Shown piece after piece: positions 12,801 through 27,910 of a stretch of 64,000 bases of DNA. The notes under the pieces were generated by a model. It had not been told where the DNA came from, searched no databases, and saw only the letters and a program-made list of their open reading frames with translations. Position numbers and translations under genes: made by a program. Source of the stretch: Daphnia carinata (taxonomy: Eukaryota); the NCBI RefSeq assembly GCF_022539665.2, contig NC_081332.1:3782001-3846000 (forward strand), read 5' to 3'. Numbering within the stretch: position 1 is the first letter of the stretch; each line of letters begins with the position of its first letter.

Positions 12801-15800
12801 AGTTAAAGGAACACGGGCATCGTGAAACTCGGTAACGCTAACGCAACCAGAACGAGCCTCGAAAACCGGTGTTTCGTCATTTTCGTCCATTACTTGCACG
12901 CTAGAACAATCCGTGGAAAATAAGTGAATGAATGGTTAAGAGTCTGCGAACGAGGTAGGAAAACAGTCAGTGAACTCACGTCACTTGCTGGAACGCGTTA
13001 CGACTTTCACCGGCGGAATAGCCCACGCGATAATTGTCCCACGCTTCCAAGATCAGCGTGTAACTCTGTTGCTCTTCTCGATCCAGCGGTTCCGTCACCA
13101 TAATGACACCCGTTTCCGGATCGACAGAGAATCGCCCCTATGGAATTTTTAGAAGGCATTATTGTGAAGTACTTTTTCTCAGATAGCGGTTTTGTTTCGC
13201 AAGTACTTTGGACGAGCGACGATCCATTAAATAGGTGACATGACCGAAATCGCCAGCGTCCACATCAAAGGCTTGAACTGTTCCGATCACAGTGCCTACA
13301 AACAACGATTGTTACTCAAACATAAAATCTTTAATGGTTTAGAAAGTCTAGTTATGTTTACTGACCAGGTGGAGAGTTTTCTCGTACTGAAAAGTTGCCT
13401 GGAACACTAGCAAATTGTGGGTTGTTATCGTTTTCGTCCAAAACCTAAACAAAGATTTTTATGTTTAGATAGATAATTAGTTTAAACGCGATTTAAAAAA
13501 ACAAGCATCATTTACCTGGATGAAAACTGGAACGAAGCTGGAACGTCGCGGCATTCCAGAATCGGAAGCTTTCGCCGTGAGATTCATCCAGGCGAAGCGT
13601 TCGCGGTCAATTTTCCCCGAGACGACCACCTCGCCCGTCTCGCTATTCAGATGGATGAGTTCCAATAAATCGGCGGGGCCTGTGTGCAAAATAGAGATAA
13701 GCGCTGTAACAGCAAACTATTGCAGTAAAAATAAAAGGCATATACCATCAAGTGAATAAGTAATGGAACGATTAAGGTCGGCATCGTCAGCCGACAGAGT
13801 TAAAATGGGTGCTCCTCGCTTGCTGTTCTCCGCAACTGAACGGCGATAAAACGGCTGAATAAATATCGGATCATGATCGTTTACATCCTCCAAAATGATC
13901 GTCATTGTTCCTGCATTCATTTGCATCAAAGATTAGCCTGTAAGTCATTGCCAGTCTTTTTTCATTATCGTCTTTCGAACCTGAAGCGGTCTGGCCGATT
14001 GTGGCCGCAGCGACATCTTCTGCCCTAATGGCTAAACGGATTGTCTCCGCCTTTTCGCGGTCCATCTGCCGGACGACACGGATGCGGCCATCGTTGGTGT
14101 TGATTTCAAACCAGGATGTAACATTCTCGTCGCGGACTAGGAAACCCATTTCGTTACGCCCTTCGCTCGCTAGTAAAAAAAAACAAACAAAACAAACATC
14201 ATCGTTGAAAAAGATTTCACAGATAAGGGGTAGGTTTATTAAAGCCATCATACCCGCATGGTCAATCCAGTATCGTATTATGGGCCGTTCGTCAGGGTCT
14301 GTTGCAGTGAGTTGAGTTAGAACAACGCCTACTGGAACGTTTTCTTGCACCCGAACAACGCCCGGCTCTACCAAGACGGGAGGCTTGTTATTGACATCAG
14401 CGACAGAGATCATGACTGTAACGGAGGCGTGCAGTTGGCGACTGCCTACACCCCCGTCTAGCGCCAAAATTTCCAGCTGGTAGCGGACGGTGCGGGGATG
14501 AGTCTGATCCGGGTCCAGCGTGGCCCCGAGAGCGACGCTCACAATGCCTGTCGTCGAATCTATGACGAACTTGTCGCGGGCTCCACTTTGAATGCGATAA
14601 GCGACGACATTGTTTGGCGAAGATCCATCCATATCCAAAGCTTGGACTTGTAATATCGACGAGTCTGGTGCAGCATCCTCCGCTACGGCCACCGAGTAAG
14701 ACGGCCTGGTGAATGTTGGGGCAAAATCGTTGACGTCATGTACGAAAATGACAACGCGCGTGTCCGTGTGCAGCGGCGGAGTGCCCATATCGGACGCCCG
14801 CACAGTTAAATTGATCGGTCGAACGTGCCCCAATCCTTTTGTATCCCTTTAAAAAAAAAATGATAATAAAATTTATGTTAAGTGCACTGCGTATTTATAA
14901 AAACAAAATGGGCACTAACAACATTGATGGTGCCAAGAGTTCAAAGTCCAGCGGATGAACGACGCTCAATTCTCCCGTAACGCGGTGTATCGAGAAATTA
15001 GACTGTAGATCTCCGTCGATAATTGAATATCGAATGCGACTATTGTCTGAGTCTGTAAACAAGACGTAACTATTAATTTTTAAAATTTCTTTTGCATTTA
15101 AAATGGAATTATGTAACCGTTGAGATCTCGATCGAAAGCTTCGACAGTGAACGTGTATGGGAAATTCAGTTCGTTTTCATTGATGTAAATTTCAAAGTGG
15201 CTCTGGATGAAAACGGGGGCGTTGTCGTTGACGTCTTCCAATTCCAGAGTGAATTGCACCGTATTCCTTCAAAACGGATTGTAAACCTCAAGTCATAAAA
15301 AAAAAAATAAAAATAAAAGCGAAATGGGAGGTAAATGGGGGATCAACGACGAGCTGTTACGAAAAAAAGGGGGGCATGACAAGCTTTCACCATTGAAGAA
15401 GAGTAATTCGCCATTTTGGGGTTGCGAAGGTTTCTATCTTTACCGATTTCCCAAACCGAGCGAGTCGCGCGCTTCGACCATCACAATCAGTTGGCTGACT
15501 TTCTCCCTATCCAGCAGGCCGGAAGCGCCTCTGCCGATGGAAACCGCACCGCTCAACGGATCGATCTCTAGAGCGTCTGCAATTGAGCCAGGCAACAGAC
15601 TGTAGCGGATGCCATCAGTGCCCAATTGGCCGGAATCTGCATCTGTGGCTACCACCGAGCCAATGATCGTTCCTACGGCAGCATTCTCACGCACTTGGAC
15701 CTATTACATAGTAGATCAAATCACGAAAAAAGAAACGGTGAATCACAACATTTGGACAACTGACACACAAAAAAAATAAATAAACAAATAAATAAACACA

Positions 15801-18800
15801 GACGCATAAAAGACTACAAGTTTTTCTCGTTACATACCTGATAAGACGGTCGCGTGAATTGGGGTATGTGATCGTTGACGTCACGGATCCGAATGGAGAC
15901 GGACACAGTGGTGGTTTTGGCCTCTTTGGCCACGGCTTCTCTGGCTGTAATGGTGCAATTGGTGCCCGTCAACTCTTCGTAGTCCAGTGCCAGATGGCTC
16001 TTGACCCGGATGCTGAAAAGAGCCTCGTTGACCACGACGCCGGGGCTGATGTCAAATAGGTCGTCGTCGCATCGAATAGTCAAGTAGAAAGTCCCGTTTT
16101 TCCCCTAGAAAAATCAACGACAACAACATACGGCAGACGACATTTTTTTTTTTTAATTTTCAAAACTCTTTTCCATCACCTTTCCTGCATAATTGAATAG
16201 CATTCTCAGGGAGGGCACTAATTAGAGGGACACGGTCTTGTATTTTTTTTGTCCGTCATATCTCTGGATCTGAACGGTAAAAAAACCGGATGCATTTGAA
16301 CGTTAGAGCTGTCGTGCAGCTGATGCAGTACGAAATACAACGACCTTCGGGACACGAGCCTCGAAATAATCGTCGTGGATATATTTCGTTTCTTAATCTG
16401 GAAATCTTTCAAGTGAACAACCAGCTGCATCTAGTCAAGACCAGTCCAATCAAATGCAAAGGGGGGGGGGGGGGGGATTTTTTTTTTTTTTTTTTTTTTT
16501 CGTTGTTATTATTACACAGCTGGTTTGAGTAGCCGGCTTGCCCTTTGAGCTTCTGAGTGGGGTTTCGCTTCGAATTCATAATGTCTGATTCTAGTTCAAG
16601 AGTCACACATACGTATTTAGTTTTTTTCTTTTTAAAATAAAGCCGATTTCATTTCTGGAATGAAAAAAAAAAAAAAAAGGGAGCGGGATGGGGGGGGGGG
16701 GGGGGTGAATGTCATTATTATATCCGGACTTGTTTGGGTTTCTGTGTTTTTTGTTTTTTTTTACAGTTAGATACAATTTCTGAAGACGTAGTTAATCCTT
16801 CAAAAATGGGCACAGGTATTCGAAAACTGAGAGATATTCGACACTCGTTTAAGGAGATCTTACAAGTTTTGGTAACCAAATTGAAGAAAACAAAACAAAA
16901 AACTGACCTGGTCATAATCGTAGACTTCGGGTAAAGATTCCGATCCCAAAAAGGTGACGGGCACATTGGCCGGTGCATTCTCGTCGACTTCTGCTACGTA
17001 AGGGCCGCTAGTGCGGAAGGCCGGCGCTTGGTCATTGACATCGAGGACGAGAATGGTCACCTCAGTGGTGACACTAGGTCGAAGTGGAGAATCTTCCGTG
17101 GCCGTGATAATGAGCATCAAGGCGCCGTTGACCACGTTGGGATCCTCGCGGTCCAATTGCTGAATCAGGTAGACAACGCCATCTTTCGGATCGATGGCGA
17201 AATACTGATTGGACGGATCTAGCGAATAGATGATGCGCTGATTCACGCCTCTGTCGCCATCGATGGCCTTGACACGCAAGACGGACGTTCCCGGCTGAGC
17301 ATCTTCCGCTACGCGGGTCACAGACGGTACGGTAATAAATTCCGGTCCTTGGTCGTCTTCGTCGATGAGCCGGACGAGTAGACCGGCCGTGGCCGTGTTG
17401 ATGCGTCCCTGGTCACTGGCTTGATCCTTGGCCAAGATTCGCAGTTGGTACCACGACCGTCGTTCGTAATCGAGAGGCGTCAAGCATCGCAAGATGCCCT
17501 TGCCGCCAACGGTCGTGATGGAGAACGGCATCCCGGCAACGGCTGTTTCCTCGTCGATGCCGTCTTCACCTTCCATGCCTTCCAAGCTGTAGACCACCTG
17601 ATCGAGAGCGGGGGAGGGAGATAGTACGTCAATTACAAATGCATTTACTTGGCCTTGCGTTTGCTTGCCACGAACTTTCTCTCACGAACCGGTAGGCAGG
17701 TCACGTGGTAAGTGGGTCGAATGGGTCACACTATATTGCGCCACCCACCACAAACGCAGTTAACAATAAAGACATTTTGTTTTTTTTTTTTTTTTTTTTT
17801 TTTGTTTTCGACTATAAACTAACCAGACAATGCGACAACGATTCGCCAATAGATTTTTCGCCATCTTCCTTTTTGTCGCAAACGGATTCAAAACTCGCAT
17901 CGCCCAGATGATGGGAAAAAAAAAATAGCAATGATTCAATTGTGTTTGACTCATCGGTTGGAGGTGTTTCTCAATTTCTCATTCACAGAAGCCCGAACAT
18001 AATGGAAAGAAAAAGAAAAACTGATTGTTCGATTGTAATTTGCATTCGGCCAAAAAAGATTTCCCTGACTTTCCCGCACTGGTGTATCATCACACGGCCT
18101 GACAATCGAGCAATTGTTCACGAATTTCGAAAACAGAAAAAAAAAATGCTGATGTTGTCTCTTTTTTCCCCTAGAATGGTGGCTAATGACTATCATTGCA
18201 ATCTCTCTACGCTGCCTATATCATTACAACGCGTTAAACACAAAAATGGGAAATACCAAAAAAAAAAAAAAAAGAAACGATTACGGATGCAGCGCTAGCT
18301 ACCATACAACTCTCTCGTGAGGTCTAATCTCTCTCTTTTTTTCTTCCTCGATGGATCTGACCCGAAAAAAGAAAAAGAAAAACATGGAACCGCGGAATGA
18401 TGCGATTGTGTCACAAGGGCTGACATATTTCACTAGCGCGTTTAAACAAGTAGACGTACAAGAAGAGCACCGTGTAAAGACGCGTGTTCATTATGAAAGC
18501 TTCTCATGTGTGATCACACACTGAATGGCAGATGAACAATGGCTGCGAGCAACTCTCTCTTCCACCTCCTGTCTCTCTTCCCAACCCTCCAGTCTGTGTT
18601 GTGTTAATTGACGTTGAATAATGAAACGAAAAGGTGTGCATAACCCAACTGGTGCACAACCATATAATCTAAAGAAGCCTACTGCCATATAACAATGAGG
18701 AATAAGAAAGAAAGGAAAAGAAAGCAGAACCCCACCCCACCCCCTCTCTTAAATAAAATGCAGGTGTAGGTAATATTTATGTACCTCCAACTGGGCATGC

Positions 18801-19039
18801 GAGGAATGGAAAAAAAAATAAAAGAGAACTCGAGGGAAAAAAAAAAATAAAATAAAATAAAAGAAGTAGAAAGAATAGAGAGCAAAGTACGGTATGTTAC
18901 CTGTCCGTAGACACCTTGGTCGCGGTCTGTGGCCTCTACCGTCAAGATGACAGCGGGTGGGGCGTTCTCGCGCAGCATCAGCGTGTTAGCAAAAGGCTGG
19001 AAGACGGGACGGTTGTCGTTGACGTCCTTTTTGGTTGTT

Positions 19040-19070
<31 letters not shown>

Positions 19071-19755
19071 GTTTCGGTAGGAAGTTGGTGATGTTGGGTT
19101 TCGGTCGACCAATTACGAATGAAATGTTTTCGTATTTTTTTTAGGACATCCAGGAAGAGGTAAAAAGAAAAGGAGGTAAACATTTTGAACTAGAAAATAA
19201 AATGATTCGAATGTAGTGTGTTTTACCTCAACGATAATCAAAAGGCTTTGTCTGATGGCCTGGCCGGCGCCTATCTTGCCGTCTGTCACCGTCAGCACCA
19301 GCGAATATTCTTCTTCCGTCTTTCAAAAAAAAAACAAAAAAAAAAAAACAATAAATAAATAACAATCACCCACGTATGGCGGACATTGTTTAATTAACGA
19401 ATTAACATATTATCTCTAAATCAACTGCTAATGGTATTTTTTGTTGATTTTTTACCTCTCTGTCCAGTTCTTTGATTAACTGAAGGTCGGCTTCGTTACG
19501 GCTGACGGGCTGGATGCGTAGCAGCTCGTTAGCCACGTGACCCTGCAGTCCAAACTGGAGGGCGTCACCGTCGGCATCGGAAGCTTTGATGCGATAGATG
19601 ACGCTTCCGACGGGCGTTCCTTCGGCGCCTTCTTTCAACTTGAGGACAATTTCGCCGCCGCTCTCGTCCGTCACCTCGAATCGCGGCGGTTGGTTAGCGG
19701 CCACCAAGGCCGCTAAGGCCATCAGAATCGAAACGATCCTCGCTGGGCACGCCAT
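9878..19755 (-). CDS. Multi-exon non-classical cadherin, cadherin-23/Cad88C/Cad74A-like; signal peptide, roughly a dozen or more cadherin repeats, one TM segment, cytoplasmic tail ending KLETTEL
   Basis: Signal peptide MACPARIVSILMALAALVAA; repeated DxNDxxP, LDRE/LDYE and AxDxD motifs across the ORF-track segments; TM segment WASGTAVFLAMILLLVLGLCV (~10570-10640); GT-AG introns; last exon 10124-9878 is open to the TAG at 9878-9880. Exact orthologue not resolvable by eye. Confidence 0.93.
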
Positions 19756-22700
19756 TTATGTGACGATGAGATAAGACTCTTAGCTGCTACAAACCTTCTT
19801 CTCCTTTAACGACCCATGCCGGATGAGATCACCAGCAGCTTCTAAATGGCCCTGTTGTGTGTGTACACAGTCAGATGGGCAAAAGAAAGAGAACAACAAA
19901 AAGAAAAAAAAAAAAAAACACTGTTAGTAGATGGAGGGGGGACTTTGTGAATAACTCGTAACGAGATATGCAGAGCATAGCCAGCTGTGCGTGAGAACTA
20001 GAAAAGTCAATCTCAGCTTGGCTCACATTTCAGTCTAATACGTAAGACGAGAGAGAGAGAGCTAGCGAAAAAAAAAAAAAAAAAAATATGAACATCCACG
20101 CGGATAAACGTTTTAATAAGCGGATCAAAAAAAAAAAAAAAAGGAAACATTTCTTCTTTTTTTTTCACGCAAAACAGCGAATGATAAATATCAGCACGTG
20201 GAATAGCCCACCTCGTTTGTTATTTTGTTTTGTTTTTTATGCTAATATAAAACGAATGGAATGTGTTGCTCTTAAAGTCTTAATAGTTTTCGAAATGTTT
20301 CGCGAAACCAGCGCGGCACACGCTGGTGCCACAGTTTGACCTTGTTCACCTTATACGCGTTTTATTTTTGGGGAGGAGGCCGACGATGATTGAGACATCA
20401 ACGTAACGGTATACATCACGTAGATTTATTCCGGTGGTTCACAAGTGAACGTAACCATTTCAAAGGTGTGGTTTCAAACAAAAATAGTTGGTGGTAGATT
20501 GAGAGCGCGAAAGCCATTAGAGTCGACGAAACGGTTTTGCCTTAATGTTTTTCTTTTTGTTTTGTTTTGTTCCAAGAAGGGAAAAATGAAGAGGGTTCCC
20601 TTGTGTGCTCTTTTCCAGAGTGATTTCCACGTAAAAAAAAAAAAAAAAAACGAAAACGGTTGTTTCCGTGATCATCTGGCGCTTCTTTAATCAGCAGGAG
20701 GCGAGAGAGCAAGAAGAAAAATAAATTTCTCGACAAGAAACGTTGAATGATTTGACTTGAATGTTGAATGAGTGGCGTAGAAACGAATTAAGCAGGCAAG
20801 TAGGAAGAAATGACTTTGAAGAGAGGCGGGAAGTTTCAAAAACTAGCGTTTTATTTGAGATAGAATAGCTGCGATTTCTATGTGGTTCGAGGTGCTTCAT
20901 CGCTTGTGCCAGTTCGTGAGTGAAAAGGGGAAAAAAAAGAAAAAGAAAAGAGAAAAACAAGCAGTCAGTGAAAATCAACAAGGAGGGAATAGGGAAATCA
21001 AAAGAGACGATGATGGAACGATGAAACACGGGGGCTGGCTCACTTCAAATGGGCGCTGGGTCATGTGTTTTTTATACACACAGCCAAAGAGTAGCTAAGT
21101 CGGCAGGCGCAAAATAAAGATTCACGAAACGGACGTGAATCACGTAGGAGTGTCTAACGCCCCTCTTCTCAACTTTTTTTTTTTCTTTCTTTCTCCACCT
21201 TTTCTACGTCGTCTTAAAGAAAGAAAAAAAAAAAAACTGCTAAATTGTCTTGCCCGCGTGTGTGTGTGTGTGTGTGTGTGCGGAACGCGCACGCCGAGCA
21301 TCCTCTGTCTCACTCTTTCAAAAGCGTGAAATGTTCTCCAAGCCGAGGTCATTGACACTCTTTAGTCTCTCTTCTCCTCCTGCAACCTTAGCCGTTAAAT
21401 TTTTTTTTTTTTTTTTTTTTCAAAATGAAAATTTAATTTGCATATATTTTCAAAATAAAAAGGATTGCTTGTTCTTTTTTTTTTTTTTTTTTTTTCGTGT
21501 TCTCATTAAAACGTGTCTTGTTTTTTTTTTTTTTGTAGTAGAACTGATTCACCACCATGTCGCCCTAATTGCACGCCATCCAATCGTGATGGACTGATAA
21601 AAATCAATGGCGGTCGGTCGAGATTGTAACGGGTACGCAAATATTTCCTGGTCGTTCATTAATGAGAAAGAAAAAGAAAAAGAAAAAAAAAAAACAAAAA
21701 AACTGGGGAATGAACACAATGACAAGAATTTTTCATCCGATCGTGTTGATTGGTTGAATAGATAATCTCGTCAAGAAAGAAGGGGAGGGAAAAGAAAAAA
21801 AGCGAAATAAAAGAAACATTCCGCAAAGGATATGCAAACGAGACAAGGAGCACCACAACTTCTACCTGTTTTTTGGTTTTTTTTTTCTTATTTTATTTTA
21901 TTGTACGAAAGAATTCGGATATTAATCGGCGATTATGTGGGACTCTGCTTCACAATGACAAGCGATTAAATACCACAGTCGGGCCCATTGCTAGTCGATC
22001 GACCCTAACTGGCAATCGTAATAAAACACTCCTCGAGGCAAAGGTCAGTTTCTATCCTTTTTTTTTTCCTTCTTCAATCATAAAAAAATAATTCAAAAAA
22101 AAAAAAAAAAAAAAAAAAAAAAGAAGAAGAAGAAGAAGAAGAAGAAAACCGCGGGTTCTTCCTTTTTTTTTTTCTTTCAACATCGACTTCATAACGGAAC
22201 CGCATTTCAAATCAACAATTCCATCTCATCCAGGTCAGAGGTGAACTCTACCGCCCTCATGAGCGCCTCGCGTCGGCTTCAGCCGGCCCTGAGAGGAAGA
22301 GAAGGCATTTGTTGTAGGAGTGGCCATCAAGTCGTTAAAGTCCATTTTTTTTTTTTTATTTGATTTAAGTGCTAGCATCCGCTGTTCCTTCTTCTTTCCT
22401 CCCCCCGCTAACCTACACACACACACACACACACATTCGGATCTGTCTATCTTACACCATCGTGGCGCCTGCTCAAATAAAACATCTTTGACCAATTGAT
22501 AGTCGAGTCAGTGACACAGAGGAAGGGCGAATAGTAAAGTGGCCGTATCCCTTTCGCTTTTGAATATATACATTTTATTATATATATATATATATATATT
22601 AAAGGCGGGCGGCTTGGGAGCTTCTATTTGTTCACCAATTTTGAAAAAAAAAAAAAAAAAAAACAAGACAAAAGGAGGGTTCGAATGAAAATGATCAAGT

Positions 22701-24911
22701 CATTTAAAAAAGAATGTGCCTCAGAAGAAAAAAGCCAAAGATTTTCATTTTGCCTCCGCTTCTATACCTGTTCCAAACAAACGCTGAAAGGAGAGGGGGC
22801 TTGTTCCAGTTTTAAAAAAAACATGTGCACTTTTCACAAAGTTCCCACTGGTAAAATGAAAAGAAAAAGAGTGAGGCCTGCATTTGGTGCTCGACCTTAT
22901 CAAAATATATTTCGCCCGTGTTTCTGTTCTCCTCTTTTTGGTGAGTGCGGATGTTTTAGTTTTTCTTTTGCCTGAACAAGGGAGGGGGTCCGTGTTCTGT
23001 GTGTGTGTGTGTGTACGTTGTTAAACCATCCAACTGATGTACTTGTACGATGTACACCGGACTGAAACACAGGGGAAGACTAAGCGAGGGTGAAAATCAA
23101 AAAAAAAAAAGGAAGGGAGAGTTGGCTCAGTCTCCCTAGAAACACACCGGCCGGAAATGGCCGCAGCACATCTGCACCCCCCCTCTCTCTCTTTCGTTTT
23201 TTTTTTTTTTTTTTTTGTACGAACAACAAAGAACCGAAAGAAAATGGTTGGGGGGGAGAAGCCAAAAAGACAGGATCTATTCAGCCGGTGGTAAAATATA
23301 TATATATTTTTTTTAAAGCCCTTGTCTTCCTTTTGCTCTTTTTTGTTTATCAACATGTTATAATGTAATACAAATAAAATAACACAGAAACTAAAAAAAA
23401 AAAATCAAGTTTTTTTCTTCTACCGTTACAATACGAGTTGTGGAAGTTTGATAAAGGAAGCAAAGGGGATTCGGTAACTGGGTGACATTTCAGATTGGCA
23501 GCGAGATTGACGCACGACTCGGCTAGTCGGGAGCAATCCGTTTCTAACGTTACACGTCACTTATGGACATAAGCCGAGATTTTTTTTCGCGCAAAACTAA
23601 GCTAAACAAAAGATGTGTTTCGTTCCCATTTCGACATCGGCAAAACGAAATACGAATCCGCAACGACGGTATTATTAACGATGTGCCCTTCTTCATTGTT
23701 ATCACTTTATAAGACAAGCTGGACTAAGAAAGAACAAAACAAGTTTTCTTTTTGCCAAGCGCAAAACGAGATACATTCACGTGGAATTCAAGGTGTTCCA
23801 AAAAAAAAAAAAAATAAAAAAATAAACACAACAAGACTTGGTTAGCCCGCCTTCCGCGTACGTTTTCGGTACTCGTGACGTAACAACAGAGAGAACAAAA
23901 GGGAATGAAAATTGGAAACATTGGCTGTTTTCTTTTTTTTTTTTTTCTTTCTTGTTGTTAAAAATGAATAACGAACGTGTATAGTAAGATGCGGGACTCG
24001 GTTTCACGTTGGAAAGAAAAAGGGAAATGAGATATTTTAAGCTGTTAGATGAAAATGTGGATCAGTCACGGACCGAATGAATATTTCGTGCGCCCGGAGG
24101 AAGCCCAAAATTCACCTGTGAGTCGATGCGGATGTCATGACGCGCGCTCCGTGTTTCAAGTCCGTTTTATTTTATTTTATTTTTGTTTTTGTTTAACTCT
24201 CTTCCGGCGGGTATTTTTTTTTTTTTTTTTTTTTTTTTGAAATATTTCACTTCAATTCCAGATATCGGATGTCGATCTTGTTCATCCAAAACGAAATTCG
24301 ACGAAAAGAGGCTGCAATTTAATATCCGAACACGATTTGAGCCCGTCTTGAACTCGTCACACAAAATGTTCGTTGGCCGTCCAAATAAAAAAAAATAACA
24401 CGCAAGATCGCAGCCAAAACAAAATCACCACCGTCTGAGACTGACGTTTAAAAAACAAACGCAGGGCATTGGAAATGATGTCGATTTAATTCCACTCGAC
24501 TAATGGTCTGTTTTGTCTTGATTTTGCAAGGTCGTTTTAACCGACGCACAACGACGAATAGAAAGAAAACTGATGAATCAATGAACTCGCTCACTGACAA
24601 AGTCACGCTCTACTAGAGGAGGCAAAACAAGAAGTCACGCGGAGAGAGCAGGCGGATGTGTGTCGAGCAAGGAGAACCGCTCGAAACGAACTGGTAGCCG
24701 TTCACGTGTCGACAGACGATCTCTATACGCTGGCGTTTTGTATTTTCTTTCTTTCCTTTTTTTGTTTTATTTTTGGTGGCCATGGTAGTCGGGGCTTCCT
24801 CTGCCACCTAACTCCCCCCCCCCACCGCCCACCTTGCTTGTTTCGCTCGATGTTTACTATACTACGCTTCTCGGAATAAACAGACCCCAACAGTGGGAGT
24901 TCGTCATGCAA

Positions 24912-24924
24912 GGCCATCTAGCGG
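24912..24924 (-). promoter_or_regulatory. CTCF-like motif
   Basis: GGCCATCTAGCGG = CCGCTAGATGGCC on the minus strand, matching the core of the Drosophila CTCF consensus CCGCTAGATGGCG; binding not demonstrated. Confidence 0.35.
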
Positions 24925-27878
24925 CGAAATGTCGAAAAAAACAACAACATAAAAGCAAAAGAAGACAATAGAACAAGCTGATGGAAAGAAAGAAATTCAA
25001 AACCACAAAGTCGTTTTCTTTCTTTTCGAATCGAGTGATGAGAGAGAAAAGCGATTGAAGCGCGATGGGAAAATAAAAGAAAAAAAAAAAACGAGGCAAC
25101 ACATTTCGGAGGCTCGTTATAACAGCGTCAAAGCGCTTGATTTAGGAAAGACGGAAGAAGCAAAAAAAAAAAAAAAAAAAATTTTTTAAACATTTAGAAA
25201 ATCGGAAACAATGAAACTTTCTATTCGTACAATTGACGAAAATCCGTAAGTTCATTGTTGTGTCACATAAAAATCAGTCACTCATTCAAAGAGGCCAAAT
25301 CGAAGTCATTTTCCACGAAAGACAAGAGAATAAGAAGTGGCCCCTCCGAGGACCTACAGATTTCGATTCCCTCTCTTTCGACATGCCATAGCCAAACGAA
25401 GGACAGAACAAGAGACGGTCGTGCCGATTCACCACCTACGCCGGAACTGTGCGAATGAATGAAAAATGGGGACATTGTTGGATGGTATAAACTCCTTTTT
25501 TTTTTTTTTTTTTTTCATGAACCCCATTCGGCCGTTACGTGGCAAAGACAAATCGATCAAATTAGCACAAAGAACCAGGAGGTCTAAACAACCAACGCCG
25601 GTCACCGTGTCCGTTTCCCTTTCACGATTTTCTTTTCATTTGTGCTGAAAGAAAAGGAGAAAAAAAAAAAAACCAAAAAAAAATGTCCAGCTCCTTTCAG
25701 ATCAAGGACCTGTGCGTGTGTGTCACAAAGCAAACAAAAACTCCCGTCGCGTCTAATCGATGATTTTTTCTTAGCAGCACCCCCCCCCCCTCGCGCTCCA
25801 ATTAAGAAAGAAAAAAACAATAGAAGCCAAAAAGAAAAAGAAAAAAAAAAAAATCTGATTTTTTGATTACGTTCTCACGTACCCGAGATTGACTTAACAG
25901 ACCGTGGTCATACCGTACAAGTAGCGCCGCTACTCCAACAGCCCTTTTTTTTTATTTACGAGTTTCTTTTCCCGATCGAATTCATTGCTGCGTATCCTTT
26001 TTCTCTAATCTGTCCTCTTTTTCATTTTTTTTTTTTTTTTTTTTTTTTTAAAGCTATCGCGCTACTTTTGTTTTTTAAAGTTCCGAGGACCACTTGTCGG
26101 ATGTCGGCGGTCTGAACGTGAAACCATCTGCGCGTGCGCGCTGGCCATGTTTCGTTTGTATACAACTTTTGTGGCTAACGACGGGTCGTCAGCCGAGCGT
26201 TACGGACGACTGGAACACAAGTAACAACAAGGGCAATCGAAGAAGAGAACTCATCTGGACTACGTCATGTCTCCCTATCTCTTACACACCCTTACGTAGC
26301 GCCGCAGTGCAGAGGGCCTATGGTAAAACACACAAACAGACTTTACTACGTACATGTGCGGTTCGTATTTTTTTTTTTTTTTTTTTCAAAAATAAAAGAG
26401 AGGAAGTTAACCCGAAAGTTCCAGTTGAGTGACAAACCGAGGCGGAAATAAAAACTCCCCTGGTCTTCTTATTTTTTTGGTTATTGTTGTAGGGGATAGA
26501 AGGTCTCTCCCCCCTCCCCTCCAGAGGAATAAGGTGGTCAACGGATGGCAACTCCGGAAGTAATCGTACATATAAAATTAGATGGAAATGCGTAGATTAA
26601 GCACGAGATCTAGCAAACGAAAAAAAAAAAAAAATACATATATATTTGTGTTGGACTAGCGCAAGAGTTGGGAAGAGGATTCAAGCCGCAGTGAACACGA
26701 CTGGAACATTTTTTTTTTTAATGTAAAACGCACTGACCATCCAGCCCAATTCTTGATTCATCCGCTTGCAGTCTACGTAGAATAACGGAATTTTCAATCT
26801 TTGGACGGCCGAGAAATATTGGGACATAAACCGTTTGCGGCTGGATTTAAACTACATGGACAGTTTCTCTCCAAAAAGAAAAAGTTGATTTCGATTTTAG
26901 TGCGTGTCGCTTAATTATCGTTTTAAATTGCCTTGGCTACTTTTAACTTTTTACTTGAAAGAAATTTCTATTTTTTTTTTTTTTTCGCAAAGGGGAAAGT
27001 CAAAAATAATATTAAAAAAAAAAAAAAAAAAATTGCTGCCAAACATAAGGAACGGAACTCATAAGGCAAATAATGACCTGCCATCTGTTTTCTTAGTCGA
27101 CCCGCCACGGCCACGAATTTTTTGTTTTGTTTGTCAAGTGCTAGGGAAAACACCGCCGTCACTAACAGCAGGAGCCGTCAAATTAACAAGTAAACCTCCT
27201 CCCTCTTCCTCTACTCTCTTTCTCTTTTTTCTTTGACTTCGCAACAACAAATGACCATCAGGAAGAAAGAGAGGAAGTATTAAGAGTGTTGAACGCCATT
27301 TTCCTTTAAATCGCTGCAAAACAACACAAAACAAACAAAGGCATTCTTGGCCCTCATTTCCCCGTTTAAAAAAAAAAAAAAAAAAAAGAGGCACGCAGCT
27401 AAATGAGACGGAAGCGAATTGCATTTTTTTTCTTCTCTCCTTTTAATTTTTTTTTTTTTTACTTCAAGTTCAAGGTTCGCCTGTTGCGCAACTCTTATTT
27501 ATGGAGTCCAATCTACAGCCCAGACTGTTTTGCGACATTAAATATATATTTTTTTTTAAACTTCAAAGAAAAAAAAAAAAAAAAAAAAGAGCTCGTTAAG
27601 ACACGGGTTCAACGTAGACCTCATTACAGCGGGGGATGACACCAAGTCCATAGACATGCAAATAAACTTAGCGGAGGGCACCCAAAATACGGGGCAGGTG
27701 AGGTACGTATAAGAGCCAACGTACATTTTCCCCTTTTTTTTTCTTTCTTTCTAAATACATGAGGGCCATAAACATTTTTTTCTTCTTCTTTTAATAAATA
27801 AAAGAGAATAAACAAAAGAAACGAAGCCGTAGGGGTTCCAGCTTCAGTTGCTTATTTGTGCGCTTCCGTTCCATTAAA

Positions 27879-27910
<32 letters not shown>
